Sequence record: DRR378314_391
Length of the DNA stretch: 64,000 bases
Reading direction: 5' to 3' (one strand)
Under the pieces are notes generated by a model. The model made no database searches and was not told the origin of the DNA. It saw only the letters and a program-made list of their open reading frames with translations. The number at the start of each line of letters is the position of its first letter. Within the stretch, counting starts at the first letter, position 1. Below, piece by piece: positions 9,026-17,910 of the stretch. The position numbers and the translations under genes are program-made.

Positions 9026-10345
9026 ATGGAAGAAATGGGCGTCATCGACCGGTTCCTGGAAACCTTCATTGCCTACATCGATTCAGGCTTCGGCCTGCTG
9101 GCCGGCGATGTCGCTTACCTGACAACAACGCTGATCGTCATCGACATCACGCTGGCCGGGCTGTTCTGGGCGCTGTCGCAGAATGCCGATGTGATTTCGG
9201 GGCTTTTGAAGAAGGTGCTCTATGTCGGCTTCTTTGCCTTCATCCTCGGCAATTTCTCGATCCTGGCGAACATCCTCTTTGCAAGCTTTGCCGATCTCGG
9301 CGTGAAGGCCGGCTCCTCGACGCTGACGGCCGAGGATCTGATGCGGCCCGGCTATATCGCGGGGGTCGGGTTCGAGGCAGCGCAGCCGCTCTTGGAAGAG
9401 ATCGGCGACATGCTGGGGCCGATCCGCTTCTTTCACAACTTCATCCTGATCGCGGTCATGCTGATTGCGTGGGCGATCATTCTCGTCGCTTTCTTCGTCC
9501 TTGCGGTCCAGCTCTTCGTCGCGATCCTGGAATTCAAGCTGACGACGCTGGCGGGCTTTGTGCTCGTGCCCTTTGCGCTCTGGAACAAGACCTCATTCCT
9601 CGCCGAACGGGTGCTGGGCAATGTCGTTACCTCCGGCATCAAGCTGATGGTGCTCGCCATCGTGATCGGGATTGGATCGACGCTGTTTACGTCGATCACG
9701 GATGCCTTTGGCGGGCCGGGCGATGTGACGCTCGCTGAAGTGATGGGCACCGTGCTCGCCTCCATCGTCTTTCTCTGGATGGGCGTGTTCGCGCCCGGCA
9801 TCGCCTCCGGCCTTGTCACGGGCGCGCCTCAGCTCGGAGCCGGCTCGGTGGTCGGCACGACGGCAGCCGTCGGCGCAGGTGCTGTGCTGGCGACGACCGG
9901 TACGGTCGCAGCCGGACGCGCCGCAATTGGCGGCGTATCCGGCGCGGTGAAGGCCGGGGCGTCGATGACGGGCGGTGCCCGCACCTCCTATGACCTTGGC
10001 CGCATGGCCTCTGGCCGGAAAGGCTGGCGCGGGGCGGCGGCGGGTGTCGCAGGCGTCGCGCAGGCCGGCGGCGATACGCTGCGCCGGATGGCGGGGCGGC
10101 CCTTTGACTCTGTCGGCAGTGCCTATCGGCGCGGCAGCGAAGCGGCCTTTGCCGCAACCGGCGGTTCCTTGGCGGCGGCGTCCGGCGATGCACCCTCTTC
10201 CGGTTCTGCGAGCCCGGCCTGGGCGCGGCGCCTTCGCACAGAACAACGCCTGCAGCATGCCGGCGCGATCACGGTTCACGCCCTGAAGGACGGTGATCGC
10301 GGCATGGCGGGCGACAATCCGAAACTCCGAAACGAAGAGGACTGA
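9026..10345 (+). CDS. trbL: TrbL (VirB6)
   Basis: YIDSGFGLL, EFKLTTLAGFVLVPFALW, Gly/Ala-rich C-terminus. Confidence 0.93.
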   Translation: MEEMGVIDRFLETFIAYIDSGFGLLAGDVAYLTTTLIVIDITLAGLFWALSQNADVISGLLKKVLYVGFFAFILGNFSILANILFASFADLGVKAGSSTLTAEDLMRPGYIAGVGFEAAQPLLEEIGDMLGPIRFFHNFILIAVMLIAWAIILVAFFVLAVQLFVAILEFKLTTLAGFVLVPFALWNKTSFLAERVLGNVVTSGIKLMVLAIVIGIGSTLFTSITDAFGGPGDVTLAEVMGTVLASIVFLWMGVFAPGIASGLVTGAPQLGAGSVVGTTAAVGAGAVLATTGTVAAGRAAIGGVSGAVKAGASMTGGARTSYDLGRMASGRKGWRGAAAGVAGVAQAGGDTLRRMAGRPFDSVGSAYRRGSEAAFAATGGSLAAASGDAPSSGSASPAWARRLRTEQRLQHAGAITVHALKDGDRGMAGDNPKLRNEED

Positions 10346-11046
10346 TGAGCATGGCCTTCCGGCGCACCTCCACCCATTACGGGCAAAGCCCCCATCCCGA
10401 AACGCCCTACCAGAAGGCCGGCCAGGTCTGGGATGAGCGGATCGGTTCAGCTCGCGTCCAGGCCAGGAACTGGCGAGTGATGGCGCTGGGACTGCTCGGG
10501 CTCCTGGCGGCTTCGTCGGCTGCCCTTGTCTGGCGCAGCCTGCAATCGACAGTCACACCCTATGTGGTCGAGGTTGACGATACAGGGGCCGTGAAAGCGG
10601 TCGGTCCGGCGCTTGCGAGATATGAGCCGACAGACGCGCAGATCGCACATCACCTGGCAAACTTCATCTCCGATGTCAGGAGCCTGTCCATCGATCCGGT
10701 GATCGTCCGCCAGAACTGGCTCGCCGCCTATGACTATGTGACCGACAAGGCCGCCATCACGCTGAGCGACTATGCGCGCGACAATGATCCCTTCGCCGAG
10801 ATCGGCCGGCGTTCGCGCAGTGTCGATGTGGTGAGCGTGGTGCGGGTGTCGGACGAGTCCTTCCAGGCCCGCTGGCTTGAGAAGACCTATGAGAATGGCG
10901 CGCTCACCGGCGTAAAACGGTTCACCGGCCTCTTCACCATCGTGAACTCACCGCCGCGCGATGCGGAAACGCTCCGCGCCAATCCCCTCGGCCTCTACAT
11001 CCACAGCCTCAATTGGGGCGAAGACCTTGTCACAGGAGAGAACTAA
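10345..11046 (+). CDS. trbF: TrbF (VirB8)
   Basis: TPYQKAGQVWDERIGSARVQARNWR, NPLGLYI. Confidence 0.93.
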   Translation: MSMAFRRTSTHYGQSPHPETPYQKAGQVWDERIGSARVQARNWRVMALGLLGLLAASSAALVWRSLQSTVTPYVVEVDDTGAVKAVGPALARYEPTDAQIAHHLANFISDVRSLSIDPVIVRQNWLAAYDYVTDKAAITLSDYARDNDPFAEIGRRSRSVDVVSVVRVSDESFQARWLEKTYENGALTGVKRFTGLFTIVNSPPRDAETLRANPLGLYIHSLNWGEDLVTGEN

Positions 11047-12053
11047 TGATCCGTACAATGAGCCTTGTATCCGCCCTTGCCATGGCTACGGCCTGCGCGA
11101 GCGTTCCGCCGGAGCCCGTCCTCGAAGATACGGCCTTTGTCGAAGCGGCATTCGTCGAAGACGTGCCGGAGCGCCCTGTCGAGATTGTCGAGACACCGAC
11201 GATACTTGCGCTACCCGGCCAGATGAAGCCGGTCGATGGCACAAAGCGTACGGTCACACATGTCTACACCTCGCCGACCGAGACCATCCGCAAAGGCACG
11301 ACCGAGGCCCGGATCGAACCTTCTGTCGATGGCTATGTGAACGCGATCCAAGTCTATCCCTATACCGAAGGGGCGCTCTACCGGCTTTACGCGGCCCCAG
11401 GTCAGGTCTCGGACATTGCGTTGCAGCCCGGCGAAACGCTGGTGTCGGTCTCGGCGGGCGATACGGTGCGTTGGATTGTCGGAGATACCTCGTCCGGGTC
11501 TGGCGGCGCGGCCCGCGCGCATGTGCTGGTCAAGCCGATCGCCGCAGGTCTTGCGACCAATCTGATGATCGCGACCGACCGGCGGACCTATCATCTCGAA
11601 CTCGAAAGCGTCGACGGCACCTATATGGCGTCCCTCTCCTGGCGCTATCCGGCGGACGAACTGGCTGAACTGGTGTCCCGCAACAAGTTGGCGTCGGTGC
11701 GGGAGGATGCGTCTATCGCGCCCGGCGTCGCCGTAGACCGGCTCGACTTCGATTATGTCATTGAGGGTGACAAGCCGGCCTGGCGGCCTGTGCGTGTGTT
11801 CGACGATGGCCGGCAGGTTTTCATCCAGATGCCGGCCGGGCTTGCCACCATGGACGCCCCGCCGCTGTTTATCCTTGGGGCCTCGGGCGACGCCGAACTC
11901 GTCAATTACCGCCTGCGCAGCAATTACTACATCGTCGACCATCTTTTTCGGGCCGCGGAACTCCGGATCGGTGAAAAGGACCAAACCGTCGTGCGGATTC
12001 GCAAGCGCGTGCAGCGCTCCGGCCTTGCCAGCCTGTTCGGAGCGGAGGGATGA
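11046..12053 (+). CDS. trbG: TrbG (VirB9), lipoprotein
   Basis: Start at ATG 11046 overlapping the trbF stop; AGDTVRWI, TDRRTYHLEL, FDDG. Confidence 0.93.
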   Translation: MIRTMSLVSALAMATACASVPPEPVLEDTAFVEAAFVEDVPERPVEIVETPTILALPGQMKPVDGTKRTVTHVYTSPTETIRKGTTEARIEPSVDGYVNAIQVYPYTEGALYRLYAAPGQVSDIALQPGETLVSVSAGDTVRWIVGDTSSGSGGAARAHVLVKPIAAGLATNLMIATDRRTYHLELESVDGTYMASLSWRYPADELAELVSRNKLASVREDASIAPGVAVDRLDFDYVIEGDKPAWRPVRVFDDGRQVFIQMPAGLATMDAPPLFILGASGDAELVNYRLRSNYYIVDHLFRAAELRIGEKDQTVVRIRKRVQRSGLASLFGAEG

Positions 12054-13309
12054 GCGAGCCTGCCCCTTTCCCGAAGCAGGCCGACGAGCTGAAGCTGCGC
12101 GCGCGGCCACGGCCCGTCACGCGGATCAACCGGAAAGTCCTGATGGCGGGTGCCTGCCTTGGCGTGCTGGGCCTGTTCGCGGCCGCCTCCATTGCGCTTG
12201 ATCCACCCAAGGCCGTCGATACGGCAGACCGGCAGGAGCTCTACAATACGGCGACCAAGCGCGCGCCTGACGGGCTCGCGGACCTGCCCGGCTCCTATCT
12301 GGGCTGGCAACCGGCGGGCGACACGCCGAGACTTGGCGCGCCGATGGCGGGTGACCTCGGCGGCACTGTCGTAGCGGAAGAGGAAGAATGGGGCCTTGAG
12401 CCCGACTGGAACGTCACGCCTTCAGACGACTTCCGACCATCGGCCGAGGACGAGGCCATCCGTGCGCAGAGACTGGCGGATGCAAAACTGGCCGATGCGG
12501 CCGGCAAGGCGGGCGTCTTCTTCGATGTCGGCAACCGGCAATCGCTGATGGGCTCAGTGTCTTCGCCTGGAGGGCGTCCGGACAGTCTCGGCTCCGAACT
12601 CTTGGCGCTTGCAGCCCAAGGCGCAGGCGCGCCGTCTTTTGCCGACGCGCGAGACCAGAACCTCCAGGCAGAGAAGATCGCGTTCGCAGCGGAGACGCGG
12701 GACGGCGACACCTACAACCCGCATGATGTCGAGACCCCGGTCTCGCCCTATCAGGTGATGGCGGGCACGCTCATCCCGGCCTCGCTTGTGACGGGGCTGA
12801 ATTCTGACCTGCCGGGCAATGTCATCGCGCAGGTGACTCAGCCGGTCTATGATACGGTGCGCGGGTCGCATCTGCTGATCCCTCAGGGCGCGCGGCTGAT
12901 CGGGCGCTACCAGTCAGAAGTTTCGTTCGGCCAGGAGCGCGCGCTCCTGATCTGGGACCGGATCATCCTGCCGGATGGCAGCTCGCTGCAGATTTCTGAA
13001 CCGGCTGCGAATGCGCAAGGCTATGCGGGCATCTCCGACAGGACCGACCATCACTGGAGCCGCGTCTTTGCGGCCGCTGGGCTCGCCACTCTGCTCGGCA
13101 TCGGCTCCGAACTTGGCTCTGACGATGATGATGTTGAGCGGGCAATCCGGCGGGGATTCGGGGACAGTGTCTCCGAGGCTGGCCAACGCGTCGTCGACCG
13201 TAATCTCGGCATCCAGCCGACGATCCGTATACGTCCCGGCTGGCCGGTGCGGGTGATCGTGACACGGGATCTTGTGCTGCGGCCTTACTCTGAGGGAGGT
13301 CGGCCATGA
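12050..13309 (+). CDS. trbI: TrbI (VirB10)
   Basis: AGTLIPASLVTGLNSDLPG, IPQGARLIG, IQPTIRIRPG. Confidence 0.94.
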   Translation: MSEPAPFPKQADELKLRARPRPVTRINRKVLMAGACLGVLGLFAAASIALDPPKAVDTADRQELYNTATKRAPDGLADLPGSYLGWQPAGDTPRLGAPMAGDLGGTVVAEEEEWGLEPDWNVTPSDDFRPSAEDEAIRAQRLADAKLADAAGKAGVFFDVGNRQSLMGSVSSPGGRPDSLGSELLALAAQGAGAPSFADARDQNLQAEKIAFAAETRDGDTYNPHDVETPVSPYQVMAGTLIPASLVTGLNSDLPGNVIAQVTQPVYDTVRGSHLLIPQGARLIGRYQSEVSFGQERALLIWDRIILPDGSSLQISEPAANAQGYAGISDRTDHHWSRVFAAAGLATLLGIGSELGSDDDDVERAIRRGFGDSVSEAGQRVVDRNLGIQPTIRIRPGWPVRVIVTRDLVLRPYSEGGRP

Positions 13310-13542
13310 GCCTCCGTATCGGACAACTTCCCGACAGGACGCCGGTGAAACTGACCGTGTCGGTCGACCCTGATCTTGCTTCCGCGCTTGCCGACTATGC
13401 GGCGATCTATGCCGAGACCTATGGCGCGGAAGAGAAACCTGAAACCCTGGTGCCTGCCATGCTGGACTTGTTCCTCAGCTCGGATGCCGGGTTCAAGCGG
13501 GCCCGCAAGGCCCTTCATGCCAGAGCCAGCAAAGGAGAATAG
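13306..13542 (+). CDS. DUF2274 family protein
   Basis: LP DRTPVKLTV, YA..Y...YG, FL.SD.GF; follows trbI. Confidence 0.88.
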   Translation: MSLRIGQLPDRTPVKLTVSVDPDLASALADYAAIYAETYGAEEKPETLVPAMLDLFLSSDAGFKRARKALHARASKGE

Positions 13543-13544
13543 CA

Positions 13545-13856
13545 ATGGCGACAATCGGCACCTTCAGCCAAAAGGATGGCAAATGGACCGGGACGATCCG
13601 GACCATGACGATCAATGTGAAAGCCCAGATGGTCCCGGTGACCGAGAAAGCCGAAGGTGGACCCGACTACCGGATCTTTGCCGGCGGCGCGGAACTCGGC
13701 GCCGCCTGGCGCGAAGAAAGCAAGAATGGCGAAACGCCTTATCTTGCCGTCAAGCTGGATGACCCAAGCTTCGAAAAGCCGATCCGGGCAGCCTTCTTCG
13801 AGCAGGAAGACGATGACAGCGGCATCTTGGTCTGGAACCGCCAGAAGCTGAACTAG
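13545..13856 (+). CDS. DUF736 family protein
   Basis: MATIGTF, PDYRI, ELGAAW, KLDDPSF..PI.A, LVWNR. Confidence 0.9.
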   Translation: MATIGTFSQKDGKWTGTIRTMTINVKAQMVPVTEKAEGGPDYRIFAGGAELGAAWREESKNGETPYLAVKLDDPSFEKPIRAAFFEQEDDDSGILVWNRQKLN

Positions 13857-13940
13857 TCGGGTCTGGAGCCCCACATAGTGGGCGATATCGGGAGCCAGCC
13901 TTCAATATCGCCTACGTGTCGTGCTCCATCACTCGAAAAG

Positions 13941-14093
13941 ATATCGAATATGATATATTTTAGCGATTATGCGCTGTTTTATATCATATTCGATATTCGA
14001 TTTGCAGAAAATTAGGTGACTGTTAGCACTCCCTATGCTATCAGTTGTGATCGCTTTTAGCCGATTTGGCGGAATTTATATCGCATTTGATAT
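13941..14093. promoter_or_regulatory. Three ATATC-N6-GATAT palindromes (candidate antitoxin operators)
   Basis: Perfect copies at 13941-13956, 13981-13996 and 14078-14093; partial copy at ~14039-14052; first two form a 17-bp inverted repeat. Confidence 0.7.
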
Positions 14094-14094
14094 C

Positions 14095-14424
14095 ATGAAG
14101 ATCGATCATCTCACACCCGAGCCCGAAATGCTCAATGAGCTGGGCAGCCGCCTTGCCCAGATCCGTAAGCAGCAGGGAATGACACAAGAGGAGCTCGCCA
14201 AGGCGGCGGGTATCGGCATCGCGACCCTGCGCCGGATCGAGGGCGGACAGGACAGCCAGCTTGAGACATGGCTGAAATTGCTGAAAGCGCTCGACCTTAC
14301 CTATGCTATCGACGCCCTGTTGCCTGAAAATTATGCCTCGCCCATGGCCGAAGCGCGCGCGGCCTCAGGCCGGAAGCGCCGCAAACCTGCCTCTGGCATC
14401 ACCTGGGGCGACGAGACCGAATGA
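14095..14424 (+). CDS. XRE/HTH_3 regulator, HipB-like antitoxin
   Basis: RKQQGMTQEELAKAAGIGIATLRRIEGG HTH; ATGA overlap with hipA; start could be 14095 or nearby. Confidence 0.85.
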   Translation: MKIDHLTPEPEMLNELGSRLAQIRKQQGMTQEELAKAAGIGIATLRRIEGGQDSQLETWLKLLKALDLTYAIDALLPENYASPMAEARAASGRKRRKPASGITWGDETE

Positions 14425-15719
14425 GCACGGCCACTGTCAACCTCTGGGGCACGCCTGTTGGCTATGTTTCGATGGACAGCTCAGAGCGCTTCGCGCGGTT
14501 CGAGTACGATCCAGACTTTGCCGAGTTCGGGATCGAACTCGCGCCGCTGAAAATGCCGGTACGCGCCAACCGCATCTACCAGTTTCCGGACCTCGATCCG
14601 CGTTCCTTTCATGGATTGCCCGGCCTGCTCGCAGACAGCCTTCCCGACAAGTACGGCAACAGGTTGATCAACGTCTGGCTGACCCAGACCGGCCGGAAGC
14701 CAGAAACCTTCAACGCCGTAGACCGACTTTGCTATACCGGCCGGCGCGGCATGGGCGCCCTGGAATTCGAACCATCTACGGGCACGGACACGGCCAAGGA
14801 CCGGCAGGTCGAAATGCAGCAGCTGATCGAACTTGCTTCCATGGCCTTTGCCGACAAGCAGGCGCTCGATGCGAAGTTTGCGGCTGGCGAAGAGGAAAAG
14901 GCCTTGCTCGACATATTGAGTGTCAGCACGTCTGCCGGTGGCGCGCGCGCCAAGGCTGTGATCGCGTTCAATCCAGACACGAGCCAGGTCCGATCCGGCC
15001 AGCTCGATCTGGCAGTGGGTTTTGAGCCCTGGCTCATAAAGTTCGACGGGGTCGCGTTCAGCGGGGATTGGGGCGTCGCCGATCCGGCCGGCTTCGGCTT
15101 GCTTGAATACAGCTACTACCTGGTCGCGCGGGAATGCGGCATCGACATGATGGAAAGCCGCATACTCAGCGAGAACAGCCGAAACCATTTCATGACGCGG
15201 CGCTTCGACCGTGATGAGCATGGCCGCAAGAAATTCATCCAGACCTTCGCCGCCCTGCAGCACTTCGACTATTATGAAAGCGGCGCCTATTCCTACGAAC
15301 AGCTCATTATGACCATGCGGGAGCTGGACATGCCGCAAACCTCAATTGAGGAGCAATTCCGCAGGATCGTGTTCAATATTGTCGGCTGCAACCAGGACGA
15401 CCATGTGAAGAACTTCGCCTTCATGATGGATCGCCAGGGAAAATGGGATATCGCACCGGCCTATGACCTTTGTCATTCAGAGGGGAGCGATTTTACGCGT
15501 TTTCACCAGCTGAGCCTGAATGGGAAAACGACAGGCTTCACGCGCGACGACCTCAAGGCTTTTGCCCGGTATGCCAGCTTGCCGCGTGGGCGCGAGAAAA
15601 TCATTCTTGAGCAGACGGTCGAGGCTTTTGCGGGCTGGAAGACGAAGGCAGAGGAGCTGGGCATTCCGGAAGTGCTCCAGAAGCATGTCAGCCGGACCCT
15701 TCGTCTCGACTGGGCGTGA
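14421..15719 (+). CDS. hipA: HipA-family Ser/Thr kinase toxin
   Basis: HipA N-terminal domain (LADSLPDKYG), SAGGARAK loop, NQDDHVKNF, APAYDL. Confidence 0.92.
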   Translation: MSTATVNLWGTPVGYVSMDSSERFARFEYDPDFAEFGIELAPLKMPVRANRIYQFPDLDPRSFHGLPGLLADSLPDKYGNRLINVWLTQTGRKPETFNAVDRLCYTGRRGMGALEFEPSTGTDTAKDRQVEMQQLIELASMAFADKQALDAKFAAGEEEKALLDILSVSTSAGGARAKAVIAFNPDTSQVRSGQLDLAVGFEPWLIKFDGVAFSGDWGVADPAGFGLLEYSYYLVARECGIDMMESRILSENSRNHFMTRRFDRDEHGRKKFIQTFAALQHFDYYESGAYSYEQLIMTMRELDMPQTSIEEQFRRIVFNIVGCNQDDHVKNFAFMMDRQGKWDIAPAYDLCHSEGSDFTRFHQLSLNGKTTGFTRDDLKAFARYASLPRGREKIILEQTVEAFAGWKTKAEELGIPEVLQKHVSRTLRLDWA

Positions 15720-15887
15720 ATGCCAAGGCCGTTAGGTCGTGGCTGAAATGCGCGCGGCGTTCTTCACGCCCTTGGGCATCCTTCAGTATCCCTGAACTCC
15801 CGCGCGTGCACGTCGGTCACGCTTTCTCCATGCGGCGGACCAGGCGCATATTGTGCTGGCAGTAGGCAGTGAATGAGGACATCGGAC

Positions 15888-16271
15888 ATGGGTTACCAAT
15901 TGCGACCCGGCGGCAAGAATGCTCTCAATCGACTAGCCGAGGAAGTATATGACTTCGGCCCAGCCGGGTCCTCTACTTCGGCCCCTTCCTCCAGTGACAA
16001 CACACTCCAAAGCCTGATCTCAGGCAATCGCACCGTCCGCCGACCAGAATTGCGCAAGCTCGTGCCGTTGTCCGATACCACCATCTATGAACTCGAGCGT
16101 CGCGGCGAGTTTCCAAAGCGCTTCTACCTGACACCAAAATGCGTGGTCTGGCCGCTCATGGACGTCCTCGAGTGGATTGAGGAGCGCCGCCTTGCCAGCC
16201 AGGACGAGCGCCCCGCAGATACGCCTGTGCCTGATGTTCATCGCCGGAAGGCCCGTCCCACGTGCAATTGA
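15888..16271 (+). CDS. alpA: AlpA-family regulator / excisionase
   Basis: RRPELRKLVPLSDTTIYELERRGEFPKRF..T..CVVW; GAGGA before ATG 15888. Confidence 0.88.
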   Translation: MGYQLRPGGKNALNRLAEEVYDFGPAGSSTSAPSSSDNTLQSLISGNRTVRRPELRKLVPLSDTTIYELERRGEFPKRFYLTPKCVVWPLMDVLEWIEERRLASQDERPADTPVPDVHRRKARPTCN

Positions 16272-16340
16272 AGCCGCGCTGCAGCACGGGTTGAGACCGG
16301 TTATCTGCCTGTCCCCGAACAAGGCACTGTCTTGCAAAAC

Positions 16341-17636
16341 TCACGTCTCGAATTTCGGATCGAGTTTGAGATCAAAACCAAGATCCGCCGAGGCAGGCGG
16401 TGTGAGCACGGGCTGCCTTTGGCACCCCTCCGACCAGGCGTCTATCGTGTCGGCCCATTCCTGCATCATGTGGCGCCGGCCATCGGCATATTCGGCCTTG
16501 TTATAGACACCGCGAGAGGTCCGCCTGTCTTCATGGGCCAGGCACTTCTCAACCCAATCCCGGTTAAAACCAAGCTCATTCAGCAAGGTGGACCCGGTAC
16601 GCCTGAGATCGTGGACCGTGAAACGCTCCAACGGCAAACCCGCTTCCTGTGCCGTTTCCCAAGCGGCGGTTGTCAGCCGGTTGAGCGTCGCATTCGAGAT
16701 CGGCTTGTAGCAGTCATAGCGGGAGGGAAAGACGTAACGCGATCCGCCCGCGCAGGTCTTCAGCGCCACGAGGATATCGAGCGCCTGACGAGACAGATAA
16801 ACATTGTGAGGGAGGCCAGTTTTCATCCGTTCTTTCGGGATGGACCAGACGGCATTCTCGAAACTGATTTCGTCCCAGGTCGCGAGGCTGACTTCCGCCT
16901 TCCGCTTCATTGTGAGCAGGATGAATTTAAGGCCTAGTTTGAGCGTCGGTGTCGCGATCAGTTCTTCCAGCACGCTGTAGAAGATTCTGATTTCGAGCGG
17001 AGACAATGCCCGGTCACGCGGACGCACTTTGGCAATTGAGACTGGCGCAACTTCGTCTGCAGGGTTGTCGACCTTCACGCCATGAAGCTTGGCATATTTG
17101 TAGATGAGATGCACGAACTCCCGGACGTGAAGCGCCGTAGACGGAGCACCGCGTTTCTTCACCTTCTCACATAGAGCGCGAAGATCCTCGGCAGTTACCT
17201 CACTCATGAGGTAGCTGCCAAACGCTGGCAGAATGTCCCTGTTCAGAATATGACGGCGCATGTCGCGCGTGCTCTCGGCCATGTCATCACTTTCGATCCA
17301 GCGATTGGCCATTTCGGCAAACGATCCGGATTCCATAAGACGCGTTTTGGAGCGCTTCTTTTCCTTCGCGGGAGAAACACCAGCATCGATCAACCGCTTG
17401 GCGTCCATACATCTGTGGCGTGCCTCGGAGAGGCTGATGCCGCCATGGCCGTAACGGCCAATTGTGAGCGTCTCTCTCCTGCCATGGATGCGGTAGTCCA
17501 TCCGAAACGTGACCGTTCCGACAGTGGAAACCGTGACATACATCCCGTCACGGTCCGCAACCTTATACACTTTCTCCTTTGGTTTCAGCGCTCTAATGGC
17601 GACATCGGTCAACACGGCAGCGTCCTTTCCGGGCAT
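16341..17636 (-). CDS. P4-like tyrosine integrase with arm-DNA-binding domain
   Basis: LTD..IRALKPKEK.YKV.DRDG N-terminus; HDLRRTGST, CLAH, GVYNKAEY catalytic motifs. Confidence 0.95.
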   Translation of the reverse strand: MPGKDAAVLTDVAIRALKPKEKVYKVADRDGMYVTVSTVGTVTFRMDYRIHGRRETLTIGRYGHGGISLSEARHRCMDAKRLIDAGVSPAKEKKRSKTRLMESGSFAEMANRWIESDDMAESTRDMRRHILNRDILPAFGSYLMSEVTAEDLRALCEKVKKRGAPSTALHVREFVHLIYKYAKLHGVKVDNPADEVAPVSIAKVRPRDRALSPLEIRIFYSVLEELIATPTLKLGLKFILLTMKRKAEVSLATWDEISFENAVWSIPKERMKTGLPHNVYLSRQALDILVALKTCAGGSRYVFPSRYDCYKPISNATLNRLTTAAWETAQEAGLPLERFTVHDLRRTGSTLLNELGFNRDWVEKCLAHEDRRTSRGVYNKAEYADGRRHMMQEWADTIDAWSEGCQRQPVLTPPASADLGFDLKLDPKFET

Positions 17637-17639
17637 TTT

Positions 17640-17815
17640 TACCGTCACCCCAAAATGTGACGGTAAATTTCTCTTTTTCTCTTTATATTCAATGGTCTAC
17701 AGCTCTATTTTTACCGTCACCTCACATTTCTGCATGACGGTAAATGCGAATTTAGAGGGAAGTGCCGGGAACGCATACCGTCAGCCTTACCGTCACCGGA
17801 TCGCATTTGACGGTA
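17640..17815. repeat. Seven copies of TACCGTCA (candidate integrase arm-type sites)
   Basis: Forward at 17640, 17712, 17776, 17788; reverse at 17658, 17735, 17808. Confidence 0.85.
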
Positions 17816-17839
17816 AAAAATGGCGATAGGAGTCGAAAG

Positions 17840-17877
17840 AAAAACGCCATTAAGTCGTTGAACTTAATGGCGTTTTT
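17840..17877. terminator. Perfect 16-bp hairpin downstream of guaA (bidirectional terminator-like; contains an IHF-like TCAA-N4-TTA on the minus strand)
   Basis: AAAAACGCCATTAAGT-CGTTGA-ACTTAATGGCGTTTTT. Confidence 0.7.
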
Positions 17878-17910
17878 GAACCATTTCGAAAGGAGGCGAG
17901 AGAAATGAAA

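Noticed and set aside
15712..15800. Short inverted matches after hipA (GGGCGTGAA/TTCACGCCC)
   Set aside because: Long loop, no U tract; could be chance in high-GC DNA
17640..17815. Repeats as a CRISPR array or iterons
   Set aside because: 8-bp units in both orientations, irregular spacing, no cas or rep gene
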